Positions 27,204 to 38,690 of a DNA stretch of 64,000 nucleotides are shown here, in pieces. Position numbers and translations under genes: made by a program. The notes under the pieces are model-generated. The model saw only the letters and a list, made by a program, of their open reading frames with translations, made no database searches and was not told where the DNA came from. Source of the stretch: Vicugna vicugna (lineage: Eukaryota); the NCBI GenBank assembly GCA_013265495.1, contig MU058781.1:2768158-2832157 (forward strand), written 5' to 3'. Numbering within the stretch: the first letter of the stretch is position 1; each line of letters begins with the position of its first letter.

Positions 27204-28599
27204 GTGACATGATGAAAAAAATTTTCAGGAAGATTATTTAGCCTTCTTCTCTTTTTAATTTATTCTCACTGTATACATTTTACATGTACAAGCTTACCCA
27301 TCTCCATGGCTTACTTTATGGCCTCTCTTATGTGCTGACATCCAAATTTTTATCTCCAAACCTGGCTGTTTCCTCTAGCTCCTAAACTGGCTGTCCAGTG
27401 GCCTACTAGAAATCTATTACTCCATCAGCGGACTCAGGGGCAATGTTTCCAAACTCAGCTGTTCTCTAAATCTGTCACATTGGTAGAAGTCTAACACACT
27501 GGTCCTCAGAATGGGATTCCCATTCTTTCAGAGTAGAAAGAATTACTGGTGAGCAAAGAAGAGCATGGGTGGGAGGGGACAAGACTAGCACTGGAGACAC
27601 TCACTTGGTAACTAACGAAATAATACCTGGGGCAGGACAGTGAGATGTTTTATGGCTAACACGAGGGTATTCCAAGTTCTTTTCTTTCAAATCCACTTCT
27701 ATTAGCTCTCTCCTTTAATTACATACTCTTAATAAACTTCAATAATTTTAGTAGAATTTTTGAAAATTCTAATTAAACAATTATGATTATAAATCCTTTT
27801 AAAAGGTTGAGAAAGGTGTCTCATTGGCCAAAGTTTAAACAACTTACCTAGATTTTGTGAATCATGAGCCTTTGTACCCATTAAGAACAATCTTCAACCT
27901 CTAAAAATTGTCTAGGAGGGGTAGATGGGGAGATTGTTTATATAATTAAGAAAATTATATCCATGGAATTTTCCCAAATATATCTTGATGTATCTGAAAA
28001 CAGTTTTATATTAAAATCAGTGTGAAAATTGGATCATAAGGTAAAACTAGTCTTTAAAATTTTTTTTCATATTTCTAACCTACAAAACTAATGTCAAGGT
28101 ATTCTGGAGGCTCCTGTTTTCTATTGATTCTTTTAGATGCCACTCTTAGCAAGACATCTGCCAAATGATTTTCTTTGTGGAACAGAAATATAAACTGAAA
28201 ACCTATTTTTTCTTTAATGAAGGCTCTAATTAGGACAGGTGAAATTTATATTAAGAAGATAATACAGAATGCAGATAATTATAATTTAAATTAAATTATA
28301 TGTTATTTTCCAATAATCAGAGGAAAGATGAATAATCAAAGGTCAGTTTCAAGTCAATCTGGAACTTAATATAGTTAGTTTTCCAAAAGCATTTATCCTA
28401 GTGCACTTAGGAAACTTGTGGGGAAATTATACAACTATTCCTTCCTTTTTAAATCTATTTAGCTTTTAATTTTTAAAGTCTTAACTGTGACCCATGTATC
28501 TGCTTGGTATTGGTTATAAAAAATGAATAAGACACTATTTTTGCTTTCAAAGAATGCATCATTTACAGGGGAAATATGACTATAAAATTTTATAATGGG

Positions 28600-29300
28600 T
28601 TCAAGTATCATTTATTGATTTTCTCTTTTTATAGTTTCCATTTCTCTGCTGAAATTCTCAATCTTGTCTTTTAATTTCTTGAATATATTAAGTATGAGTG
28701 TTTTAAATTTTGTGTCTGACAACTATTTCTGAATCCCTGTGGGTCTGTATCTATTGTATTTTGTTTATATTTTGCCTTCTCTTCCTCTGCCTCCTCTCCC
28801 TCCACCTCCTTTTCCTCTTTTTTCTTCTCTTCTTCTTAAATCAATTTTTATTTCCTTTATTCCTGGTTGATTTTGTTTGAGTGCTAGACATTGCTTATAA
28901 AAAATTATAGAATTAATATGAGGTCCAGGATAATGTTCTATTTCTCCACAGAGGATTTATGTCGACTTCTGAGGGACTGAGACGCTTCCAGGGCTGGGCT
29001 TCAGTTTCACCCTATTTCTGGTTCACTGTTTTTTCCTAGAGTATAGCCCCTTCAGAGCCACAAATCAAAGTCTCAGTGATTTACCAGGCCCATCCAGTTT
29101 ACAAGTCTGAGCTCTGATTTTTAGGTCTAATTTTTATCCTGGAGCTTTGTAAGACTACAAAGAAAGTCTAGCTCATCTTTCAAACAATCTATGCTTGAAT
29201 GAGAAGACACCCCTAAGGGAAACGCAGCCCCAAATGCCGGCTTCCCTCCTTGGGGATGAACTACCTACGATGCCATTACTGGAAGCAGGACTCTCTTTTA
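28600..29300 (-). mobile_element. Old L1M 5'/ORF1-region fragment
   Basis: 'tttctctgctgaaattctcaatcttgtc', 'tctgaatccctgtgggtctgtatctattg', 'ctacgatgccattactggaagcagga'. Confidence 0.6.
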
Positions 29301-30839
29301 CTGATTTCTAATTTAGACAAAATAGTTTATACAAAGTCTAAAAATGTAAATACATCTTCTATACAAATATTACAGTACTTGATAATGTAGAAGTAATGGT
29401 TTTTGTGAAAGAAGTAAGAAAATGGAGAGTGAAAGAAAAATGGAGGGTAGTATAAGGAGCCATAATCTCCTCATTTTACAAACCAAGGATGCAAGACATA
29501 TTTGCGTAAAGTTGATGGGACTGAAACTAGAGATTATACAAACATTAAAGTTATAGAAAAGTAGATGAACCAAAAGAGCAAAAGAAACAACGTAACTGAA
29601 ATATTTAGGGGAATTAGGAAGATAGGGAAGAACAGAAGGGCTAAATTCTCTTTCGTAGCAGTGGTCAAAATATAATGCAGATCAGTGACAAATCAACTTT
29701 ATTGAGAAATGTGGCAATAAATAACAAATACAAACACAAACAGATTAAACATGATTTTCTCTTGGAAGTGGGCCTGGGGATCAAAGGAACTGATGGAAGA
29801 CTTTTCCTCTTCATTTAGACCCACTCTAAAATGTTTACCTTTAAAATATATATATAGGAATAATTCTGGGAAAATCAGAGAAAGTTTTACAGAGATGTAA
29901 CACTTCAGTTGCATTACAATAGATAATTTGATTTTCCCCCTTGGCCATAGAAAAACAGTGCTCATTCAAAGCAGAGGAAATGGTTTGGAAAAGACGTGGA
30001 CATATTGACATGGCCTGATTTAGACGTTTTGTAGCTTGGAGAATCTAAATAAAGAAAAGGAGTGGTAGGAGAGGAGGCATATGAGTGAGCCAGCACATAA
30101 AAGGTCCTGGAAACTTCGAAGTTTTCTCCAAGATTTTTCATTTGGGAATCTGAGAAGTGATTATCTATTATTCGAAACAGGGAATACTGGAGTCCAAGAA
30201 ATCTCAATGAGAACACAATGAAAGGCAACTAATTCTCTAGATATTTCACAAGAAGAGCCTTAAAGTTCATAAAGAAGCTCCTTGATTATTGTATGCAGTA
30301 TATTGAATAAATAACTATTGTATGTGGTAGAGGAACTTAACAAATATTTGTTGATTACTTTGGCACAACAGTACCTTGAGAAGATTCAGTAAGATAGTTT
30401 GTCTAAAAGCCTCTACTTACACTATGCTTTCTGAAGAAAAGAGCTTTTAAATTTTATTGGGTCTCAATGTGTTTTGTGAAACATTCCCCTCACTCTCATT
30501 CAGCCGAGATAAATATTCTCGGCATTCTTGAAAGTATATACAGGTCATTTTAACTTTGTATGTGATGGAAAACATCCACACCACAGCAGCCAAAAGTAAT
30601 GCCCATTTTGATCATGGTAAACTCTGTGCTGGTGTGATGTGCCTTTCAGATAAGGAACAAGTTCAGAGCTTCTCAATTCTCTAAAAGTGGGGCTAGGGAA
30701 GGGCTTGTGTATTTAAAAGCCCTCTTTTTAAATCAGATATTAATTTATAAAAGTGGTTTCACCTTTATGAATGCTTTTAGGTTTGCTAGGAGTTTGTGCA
30801 ACACAGAAGGGAAGTTTACAACATGACAGAGATACTGGT

Positions 30840-31163
30840 AATGTGTGTTAATCCTTCATGTTTTTAAAGGAATAGCATCAGGGATGTAGATCCTTTTCTT
30901 GAATTGCCATGGAAGTGGATGTATCGTCCCACTTTCTCATCGAATTAAGTGAGGGTTCAAAACTGCCAAGAATCCAAAGTGAGGATACAGATATTAGCCT
31001 AGTTGCACTACAACTATTGATATCACATTCTTATGAAAGGAACTGGATGCCTTTTAATAGCTGGACTAACTACCACCTGGATTCATACAGGACGATCATT
31101 CCAGAGCCAGAAGCAACTGAGGACATCTCTGGACAGACACCTATTATCACATCTCTTCAGTGA
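30840..31163 (+). mobile_element. Possible decayed hAT/Charlie transposase C-terminal (dimerisation) fragment
   Basis: ORF 30909-31163 'LIELSEGSKL...SEDTDISLVALQLLISHS' resembles the recalled Charlie/Buster 'LIELS....L...EYPELS.IALKLLLPFS'. 'HLLSH' occurs in an adjacent frame. Confidence 0.4.
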
Positions 31164-31206
31164 ACTAAGATCTGTAAGCATATCCTGTGTCATATACCTT
31201 TATTCT

Positions 31207-31655
31207 TGTTATGGGTTGGATTGTGACCTGCCCCCCATGCCCCTGAGGTCTTAACCCCTAGGACCTCAGAATGTGACCTTATTTGGAATTAGGATTGTGG
31301 CAGATGTAACTAGTTAAGATGAAGTCATACTAGAGTAGATCAGGCTCCTAATTCAATATGACTGGTGTCCTAGTAAGAGGACAGCTATGTGAAGATACAG
31401 GAAGAAAGCCATTCAAAGAGGAATGCAGAGGTTGGAGTTATGCAGCCATAAGCCAAGGAACACCTGAGGCCACAGGAAACTGGAGGAGACAAGGAAGGAT
31501 TCCTTCTATACAGGCTTTGGAGAGAGCAGGACTTCATTGACACATTGATAGTAGACTTCTAACCTCAAGAACTGTGACAGAAGAGATTCTGTTGTTTTAA
31601 GCCACCCAGTTTGTGGTATTTTTTTTTTAGATGACACCCCTAGGAAACTGATACA
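31207..31655 (+). mobile_element. MaLR solo LTR (MLT1C-like)
   Basis: TG...CA ends ('tgttatgggttggattgtg' to 'ggaaactgataca'), 'cctcagaatgtgaccttatttgga', and an imperfect 5-bp TSD attct/cttct. Confidence 0.9.
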
Positions 31656-31889
31656 CTTCTCCTAATCCCTAAATGCAAATAAACTGGAACACAAAATTAA
31701 TACTACAGTTAAATTTGGCAATCTCATTGTACTGACTTTGAATATTTTGATCCCACCACCTGTTGCATATTTTTTATCAAAACCTTTATTTATTTATTTA
31801 TTTTGGGGTAAAATGTCTTCCTTAAGGGTGACCTAATCTTTTGCTTTGTGGACACAGTAATTTACTTTATAATTTCTCTGTTAGACATT

Positions 31890-32330
31890 AACTTCATTTT
31901 TCATTCTTTTTTCCTTCTCTTCTAAAGTGAGATACAATAAGCATTTTTGGTATGCAAATATTTGTCTACTTCTTTGACTATTATTTTAGGATAAATAGGT
32001 AGAAATGGAGTTACTGGATCAAAGGGCATGGCAGTTTTTAATATTCTTAGTATATGTTACCCAACTGCTCCTCAAAAATGTTGTAGCAATTTATTACTTG
32101 CACTTGACATATAAAAAAGGGCCCTTTTCAGAGCTGTATCTCAGCATTCAGAACTTTCATTAAAAAGTACTCTCTGCTAATTTGACTAGTAAGGGATTTA
32201 TTGTTTTAATTTTTATTACCTAGAATACTGAAGTAGAACTTTTTTCCCCCAAATGTTTATTAACTCTTAGTACTTTCATTCCTGTTTGTGTAGTGACCTT
32301 AATCATTTTCTTTTGCACCATCTATATTCC
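31890..32330 (-). mobile_element. Old L1 (L1ME-like) ORF2 3' fragment
   Basis: 'ttaggataaataggtagaaatggagttactggatcaaagggcatg', 'ttgtagcaattta'. Confidence 0.65.
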
Positions 32331-33354
32331 TTGTTAAGGTTGTACCAAGGTGGAGGAATGAGGTGGTCTGGAGGCTCACTGTGGGAAAATGCACAGAGGC
32401 ATAAATGCATGAGTTGTGGGGAAAGGATGAGGGCTTTGCACTCTGAATCACCTAGGTTCAATTCCTGATTCTGTGTGTCTTTGAACAAGTAAATTAATCT
32501 TTTTATGCCCCAGTTTCCTTTTGGTAAAGTGGGGATTATTAATGTTAACTATCTCATTGATTATTGTGAAGATTAAATAAGCTCTACTAGTTATCTTTTG
32601 CTGCATTTCACATTGCCCCAAATCTAGCTGCTTAAAACAGTAATAAACATTATCTCACATGGTTTTTATGGGTCAGGATACCAGGTATGGTTAAGCTGAG
32701 TGGTTCTAGTTTGAGATCTCTTAAGAGGCTGTGGTCAAGATGTCATCTGGGGCTGTAGTCAGATATCTAAGGGCTGACCAAGCCTGGAGCACCTGCTTCC
32801 AGAATGATCACTCATGTGGCTGGCAAGTCAGTGTGAGCTCCTGGCAGGAGGTCTAAGTTCCCTGTCATGTGGATCTCTTTCCAGGGCTGCTTGAGTGTCC
32901 TAACAAAATGGCAGCTGGCTTCCATATGATCCAAGAAAGTCAGCAAGGAGGAACTAGCCTTGCCTTTTTGGCCAAATCTCGAAAGTCTCACACTGTCACT
33001 TCTGCCAATCTCTAATCATTAGAAGCTTGTCATTATTTGTGCACTATACTCAAGGAAAGGAGAATTAGTCCCTATCTTTGGAAAAGAAGATTGTCAAAGA
33101 ATTTGTGGATTTATTTTAAAACAACCACATGACTTAATGTAGGTTCTACACATAGCTGTGATTTGTGTGTAGCAGGAACTCAAAAGATGTTAGCCACTGT
33201 ATCATCATAATTATTATTATCAGTATTCAGAATTTTCATTAAAAAGTACTCTCTGCTAATTTGACTAGTAAGGGATTTATTATTTTAATTTTTATTACCT
33301 TGAATACTGAAGTAGAACTTTTTCCCCTCAAATGTTAATTAACTCTTAGTACTT
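32141..33354 (+). repeat. 135-bp direct repeat pair (32141-32275 and 33220-33354)
   Basis: Direct comparison by eye gives about 7 mismatches over 135 bp. Confidence 0.95.
32583..33129 (-). mobile_element. MaLR solo LTR (MLT1F-like) inserted in a MIR (~32430-32582 and ~33130-33215)
   Basis: 'cactcatgtggctggcaagt', 'gggctgcttgagtgtcctaacaaaatggcagctggcttcc', and end 'ttttaaaacaaccaca'. Confidence 0.85.
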
Positions 33355-33747
33355 CTTTTATGATACTTCTACTCTTATTCTTTATTTTAAAAATATCAGG
33401 TCTTTCTATGAAGTCTTGTATATGCAATACATTAACATTTTTCAGTGTTCTTATTTGTAACATGAAGGTAAAAATAACATTACCATAAGGAACTGCAAGT
33501 CATTCTGTAGTGGTGGCTTTCAGGGGCATAAGAGGTGTGATAGCAAATGAGTCTGTAAAATACATCGGAGATAGGTCCAAGGGCCTAGCGTGTCATAATA
33601 CAGCATTTGAATTTTTCCACTAAGTCCTTGCTTTTCAACTTGGCCTAACCCCAAGGCACGTAAGTGCAGGGAACAAGTGCTACTTAAAGCAACAGGACAA
33701 ACACATGTCATATCTACGGAAGTACTATTTTATTTGGGAAAAAAAAC

Positions 33748-34275
33748 CCAGCGCTAAAAAGAAATGAGCTATCAAGCCATGGAAAGACATGGAGGAAACT
33801 TAAATGGCTATTACCAAGTGAAAGTGGCCACTATGAAAGGTTATATATTGTACGATCATATGTATGACATTCTGGAAAAGGCAAAACTATGGAGACAGTA
33901 AAAAGATCAATGGTTTCCAGTGGGTAGGAGGGAGACTTGAATAGGCAGAGCACAGAGGATTTTTAGGGCAGTGAAACTATTATGTATGATACTATAATGG
34001 TGGACATACATCATTATCTATTTGCCAAAACCTGTGGAATGTACAACACCAAGAGTGAAACCTGATGTAAACTATGGAAGTTGGGTGCTAACAATATGCC
34101 AGTGTGGGTTCATGAGTTGTAACAAAAGTACCACTTTGGTGGAGGACAATGATAATGGGGAAACCTATACAGGTAGGGGTGGGAGTAGGAGGTATATGGA
34201 AAATTTCTGTACCTTCTGCTCAATTTTGCTGTGAACTTAAAATAAGTCTAAAAAATAAAGTTTACTTGAGAAAAA
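33748..34275 (+). mobile_element. L1 3'UTR (L1MC-like)
   Basis: 'aaatgagctatcaagccatggaaagacatggagg', 'gacattctggaaaaggcaaaactatggagacag', 'ctcaattttgctgtgaac'. Confidence 0.9.
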
Positions 34276-35034
34276 GACAGTAGTTATATTAGAAAACAGA
34301 TTGTAAACCTGCTTGGATTTTAAAGATGAAACATTAGACTTAAGAGGAATGTTGGGCTTCTGTTGGGCTGCTTTGGATGATATCCCCTGAACATGAGTAA
34401 ATAATTTACTTTTCTCTCCATTTGAGGTGTCTTAGTGGAGAAATTAAGTGACTCCATTAGTTGACAAGGCGTTACTGAAGGATCTTAAGCAGGATAAGAA
34501 CTTGATATTTTAAAATGTATCTCAGATAAGAATATTAAAACAAGTTTTGGTAAAAGAAGAAAAATATTTGAACTTTGATGCCCTTAATAATTAAGCATTT
34601 TAAAAAAAAGACTAGGACAAGAATAAAGAAATAATTCATTTATGAAAGTAGTTGTGCCAGAAATAAATGCTGGTATATACCTAAAAACCTAATAAAGAAC
34701 TAAGAAGATATTAGTAATCACTGGGGGAGGGAGTAGATTCAATGTATGTCGGGGGTGGGGGGGAATCTATCCCTAGCCTCACCTTGCACTATATACTTAG
34801 ATAAATTCCAGATAGATGTGATAAATGCAAAAATGAAATCATTAGAATCTTGAAGAAAATTAGGTGTATTTTTACTTCTTGTCTGAATGGAAAGGGATTT
34901 CTAAATATAAATGCATTAGAAGGACTCACTAGGGAAAATAAATCAATAGATGTATCTAAGCAAGTGTTAAACCTCTGTATAACACACTAAAAATTTTAAA
35001 ATAAGCCACAAATACTGGTGGATGGTGTTCACTG

Positions 35035-35365
35035 GGTACCCACTATGTGCCAAACATCATCCTTGGAGCTTTGTCTTAATTACTTACCCTTAATCCTCAC
35101 AAAAAACACCAAAGACTCAGCATTATTATCTGTTCTTAACAAGCAAGGAAACTGAAACTGTAAGAGGTCACATCAGTCATTTACAATTCTGGCTGCACAC
35201 TGAATTATGCAGGGAGCTTGAAAAAGACCCATGCCTAGGCTCCACCCCAGGACAGTTTAATCAAAATTCCTGAGAGTGGCACCTGGGCATCAAATGCTTT
35301 GCCCAAAGTCACACAGCAAAGACCAAGCAGAAGTCTTTCTGCCTCTTAAACATCTAGACATTTCC
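35035..35365 (-). mobile_element. MIR interrupted by a MER5-like DNA transposon fragment (~35174-35300)
   Basis: MIR motifs 'cactatgtgcca', 'ggaaactga', 'gcccaaagtcacacagc'. MER5 motifs 'ggctgcacactgaatta' and 'catgcctaggctccaccccag'. Confidence 0.7.
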
Positions 35366-35937
35366 TATAGCATGTGGAAGGATTTCTTTAAACTATAAAC
35401 AGCTGCTTAGTTCTCAAAGATTGCAAAAACCTAAACGAACATTTAACTTAAAGCAGAAAAAAGTTTAGAAATGAGGAAATTATTTGTTGGTCCATCTGTA
35501 ATGTAGTCTCCATAATCTGTGTCTTGGAGTATTAGTAAAAAATTCACAGGGCTGGAGTGGATGATGCTCTGACAGCACCTTCAAAACTGCTGTGTTAAAG
35601 GAAATAATAAAAAATGTCAGATAACTATGGGAAGGATAGCATTTTGATGGTCTACTAATTTTGAAAACAATTGGCAATGCGTACACAACATGTCAGATGT
35701 TTGCATGAATTTACTTTCTTTGGCTTATTATTGCCATTGTAATTCTTCTCCATCAAGTGATTCTTAACAATATGCATGAGTGACTTAACTGCACTGTTTT
35801 TAAGGGCACAGATTTGGGGGCAAATTAGCTAATTTAGTTTCCAAATATATACTCTTTATAGCTGTGTAATCTTAAGTAAGTTTCTTAACTTCTCCATGAC
35901 TCAGTTCCTTCAACTATAAAATAGGAATAATAATAGT

Positions 35938-36445
35938 ATCATATTAATGCTACGTAACAAATCACCCAAAACACTCATGGCTTAAGATCTCTTGTGGTTT
36001 AAGATCTCTCATGGTTTATGTGGGTCGGAATGTAGAAGCAACTTGGTTGGGCAATTCCAGCTCAGGGTTTCTCTGAGCCAGGGCTGTAGCCATCCAGTGG
36101 CTTGATTAGGATTGAAAGATCCACTTCCAAGGTGCTTTGCTCACATGAATGACAAAATGGTGCTTATGGTTGACAGGAAGCCTCAGTTTTTCTCCACAAA
36201 GTCCTCTCTATGGACTGCTTGAGAGTCCACATGGCATGCTGTCTGACTTCCTTCAAAGCAAATGACCCAAGAGACCAAGGGGGAACTTGCAATGCATTTT
36301 ATGACTTAGCCTTAAGGTCATACACCATCACTCCTGCAGTAGTCCACTGGTTACACAAATCAGCCCTGATTCAATCTGGGAGGAGACTGCACACTTGTGT
36401 CAGGAAGCAAAATCATTGGGGGCCATTTTGGAGGTAGCTACTACA
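35938..36445 (-). mobile_element. MaLR solo LTR (MLT1G/H-like) inserted in a MIR
   Basis: 'gtaacaaatcacccaaaacactcatggcttaa', 'atccacttccaagg', and end 'ggggccattttggaggtagctactaca'. Confidence 0.85.
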
Positions 36446-36533
36446 AGTACCTAATTTACAGGCTTGTTGCAAAAATATGTATATTGTGTGTGTGTGTGTG
36501 TGTGTGTGTATACTTCACATTTAGAACAGAGCT

Positions 36534-38310
36534 CGGAACTATAAAACATTGATTAAGAAAATTAAAGATGATTTAAAGAAATGGAAAAATATCCCATGCT
36601 TTTGGATTGGAAGAATTAATATTGTTAAAATGGCCATAATACCTAGGGCAATCTACAAATTTAATGCAATCCCTATCAAATTACCTAGGACATTTTTCAT
36701 AGACCTAGAACAAATAATCCTAAAATTTACATGGAGTCACAAAAGACCCAGAATTGCCAAAGCAATACTGAAGAAAAAGAACAAAGCTGGAGGCATAACT
36801 GTTCCAGACTTCACACAGACCTACAGTAATCAAAATAGCATGGTATTGGCACAAGAACAGACATATGGATCAATAGAACAAAATAGAGAACCCCAAAATA
36901 AGCCCAAACACCTACAGTCAATTAATTTTGACAAAGGAGGCAAGAATATACAATGGACAGAAGACAGTCTCTTTAGCAAGCAGTGCTGGGAAACATGTAA
37001 ATCAATGAAGTTAGAACATTCCCTCAAGCCATACACAAAAATAAATTCAAAATGGCTTAAAGACTTAAACATAAGACAAGACACCATAAACTTCCTAGAA
37101 GAGACAAAGGAGAAACATTTTCTGACATAAACTGTCATGATATTCTCCTAGGGCAGTCTACCCAGGCAATAGAAATAAAAGCAAAAATGAACAAATGAGA
37201 CCTAATTAAACTTATAAGCTTCACACAGCAAAGGAAACTATAAACAAAACAAAAAGACAACCTACAGAGTGGGAGAAAATATCTGCAAATGATGGGACTG
37301 ATAAGGGCTTAACTCCCAGAATACACAAACAGCTCATACAACTCAATAACCAAAAAACAAACAATCCAATCAAAAAATGAGCAGAAGACCTAAAAAAAAT
37401 TTCTCCAATAAAGACATGAAAATGATTAATAGGCACATGAAAAAATGCTCAATATCGCTAATTATCAGAGAAATGAAATCAAAACTACAATCAGGTATCA
37501 CCTCACACCAGTCAGAATGGCCCTCATTCAAAAGTCCACAATGATAAATGCTGGAGAGGGTGTGGAGAAAAAGGAACCCTCCTACACTGCTGGTGGGAAT
37601 GTAGTTTGTTGCAGCCATTATGGAAAACAGTATGGAGATTCCTTAAAAAACAAAAAAATAGTATTACCATATGATCCAGCAATCCCACTCCTGGGCATAT
37701 ATCCAAAGGAAACTCTAATTTGAAAAGATACATGCACCCCAATGTTCATAGCAGCACTATTTATAATAGCCAAGACATGGAAGTGACCTAAATGTCCAAC
37801 AACAAATGATTGGATAAAGAAGTTCTGGTATATTTATACAATAGAATACTACTCAGTCATAAAAAGAATGAAATGCCATTTGCAGCAACATGGATGGACC
37901 TAGAGATTATCACACTAAGTGAAGAAGTAAGCCAGAAAGAGAAAGAAAAATACCAACCATATGATATATATTTGGGATCTAAAAAAATGACACATATGAA
38001 CTAATTTACAAAACAGAAATAGACTCACAGACATAGAAAACAAACTTATGGTTACTAGAGGGGAAGAGTGTGGGGAGGGATAAATTGGAGTTTGAGATTT
38101 GCAGATACTAACTACTATATATAAAACAGATAAACAACAAGGTCCTACTGTACAGCACAGGGAACTATATTCAATATCTTATAATAGCCTATAATGAAAA
38201 AGAATATGAAAAGGAATATGTATATATATATGACTGAATCACTGTGCTGTACACCAGAAACTAACACAACATTATAACTTGACTATACTTTAATTTAAAA
38301 AATATAAAAA
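36534..38310 (+). mobile_element. 5'-truncated L1 (ORF2 C-terminal part plus 3'UTR), decayed
   Basis: ORF 36549-37130 '[33 protein letters not shown]' is L1 ORF2, with frameshifts. TSD tagaacagagct (36522-36533) / tagaatagagct (38311-38322). Confidence 0.97.
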
Positions 38311-38479
38311 TAGAATAGAGCTTAGGCCACAGTAAACATTATATAACTGAACAGAAATTCCAGCAGTAGGTATTAGTATTAGTAGTTCAAAAATGACCTG
38401 AGGTGATTCCAATATGCAGCCAGGTTTGATTCTATCCCAATACTTAGCTTCATTATGATAATAAAACCTGAAGCTCTAG

Positions 38480-38690
38480 CTGAGAGGTTCTCTACTTTGG
38501 CTGTAGAGTAGAATCATCTTTAAAACTTTAAAAAAGAACTAGATGAGAACTTTAAAAAAGTCTAGATGTTCAGGCTACTTACTGGACTGACTATATCAGA
38601 ATTTCTGGGGCACAGGACCCAGGTGTCGGGATTTTTTAAAGCCTCCTTGGCCATTCCAGTGCACAGTCAAATTGGAGACCCACTGCTTTA
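38480..38690 (+). mobile_element. MER5A-like hAT MITE with a small internal tandem duplication
   Basis: 'ggttctctactttggctg...agaatcatct' and 'ttggagacccactg'. Duplicated unit 'aactttaaaaaag..ctagatg'. Confidence 0.75.
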
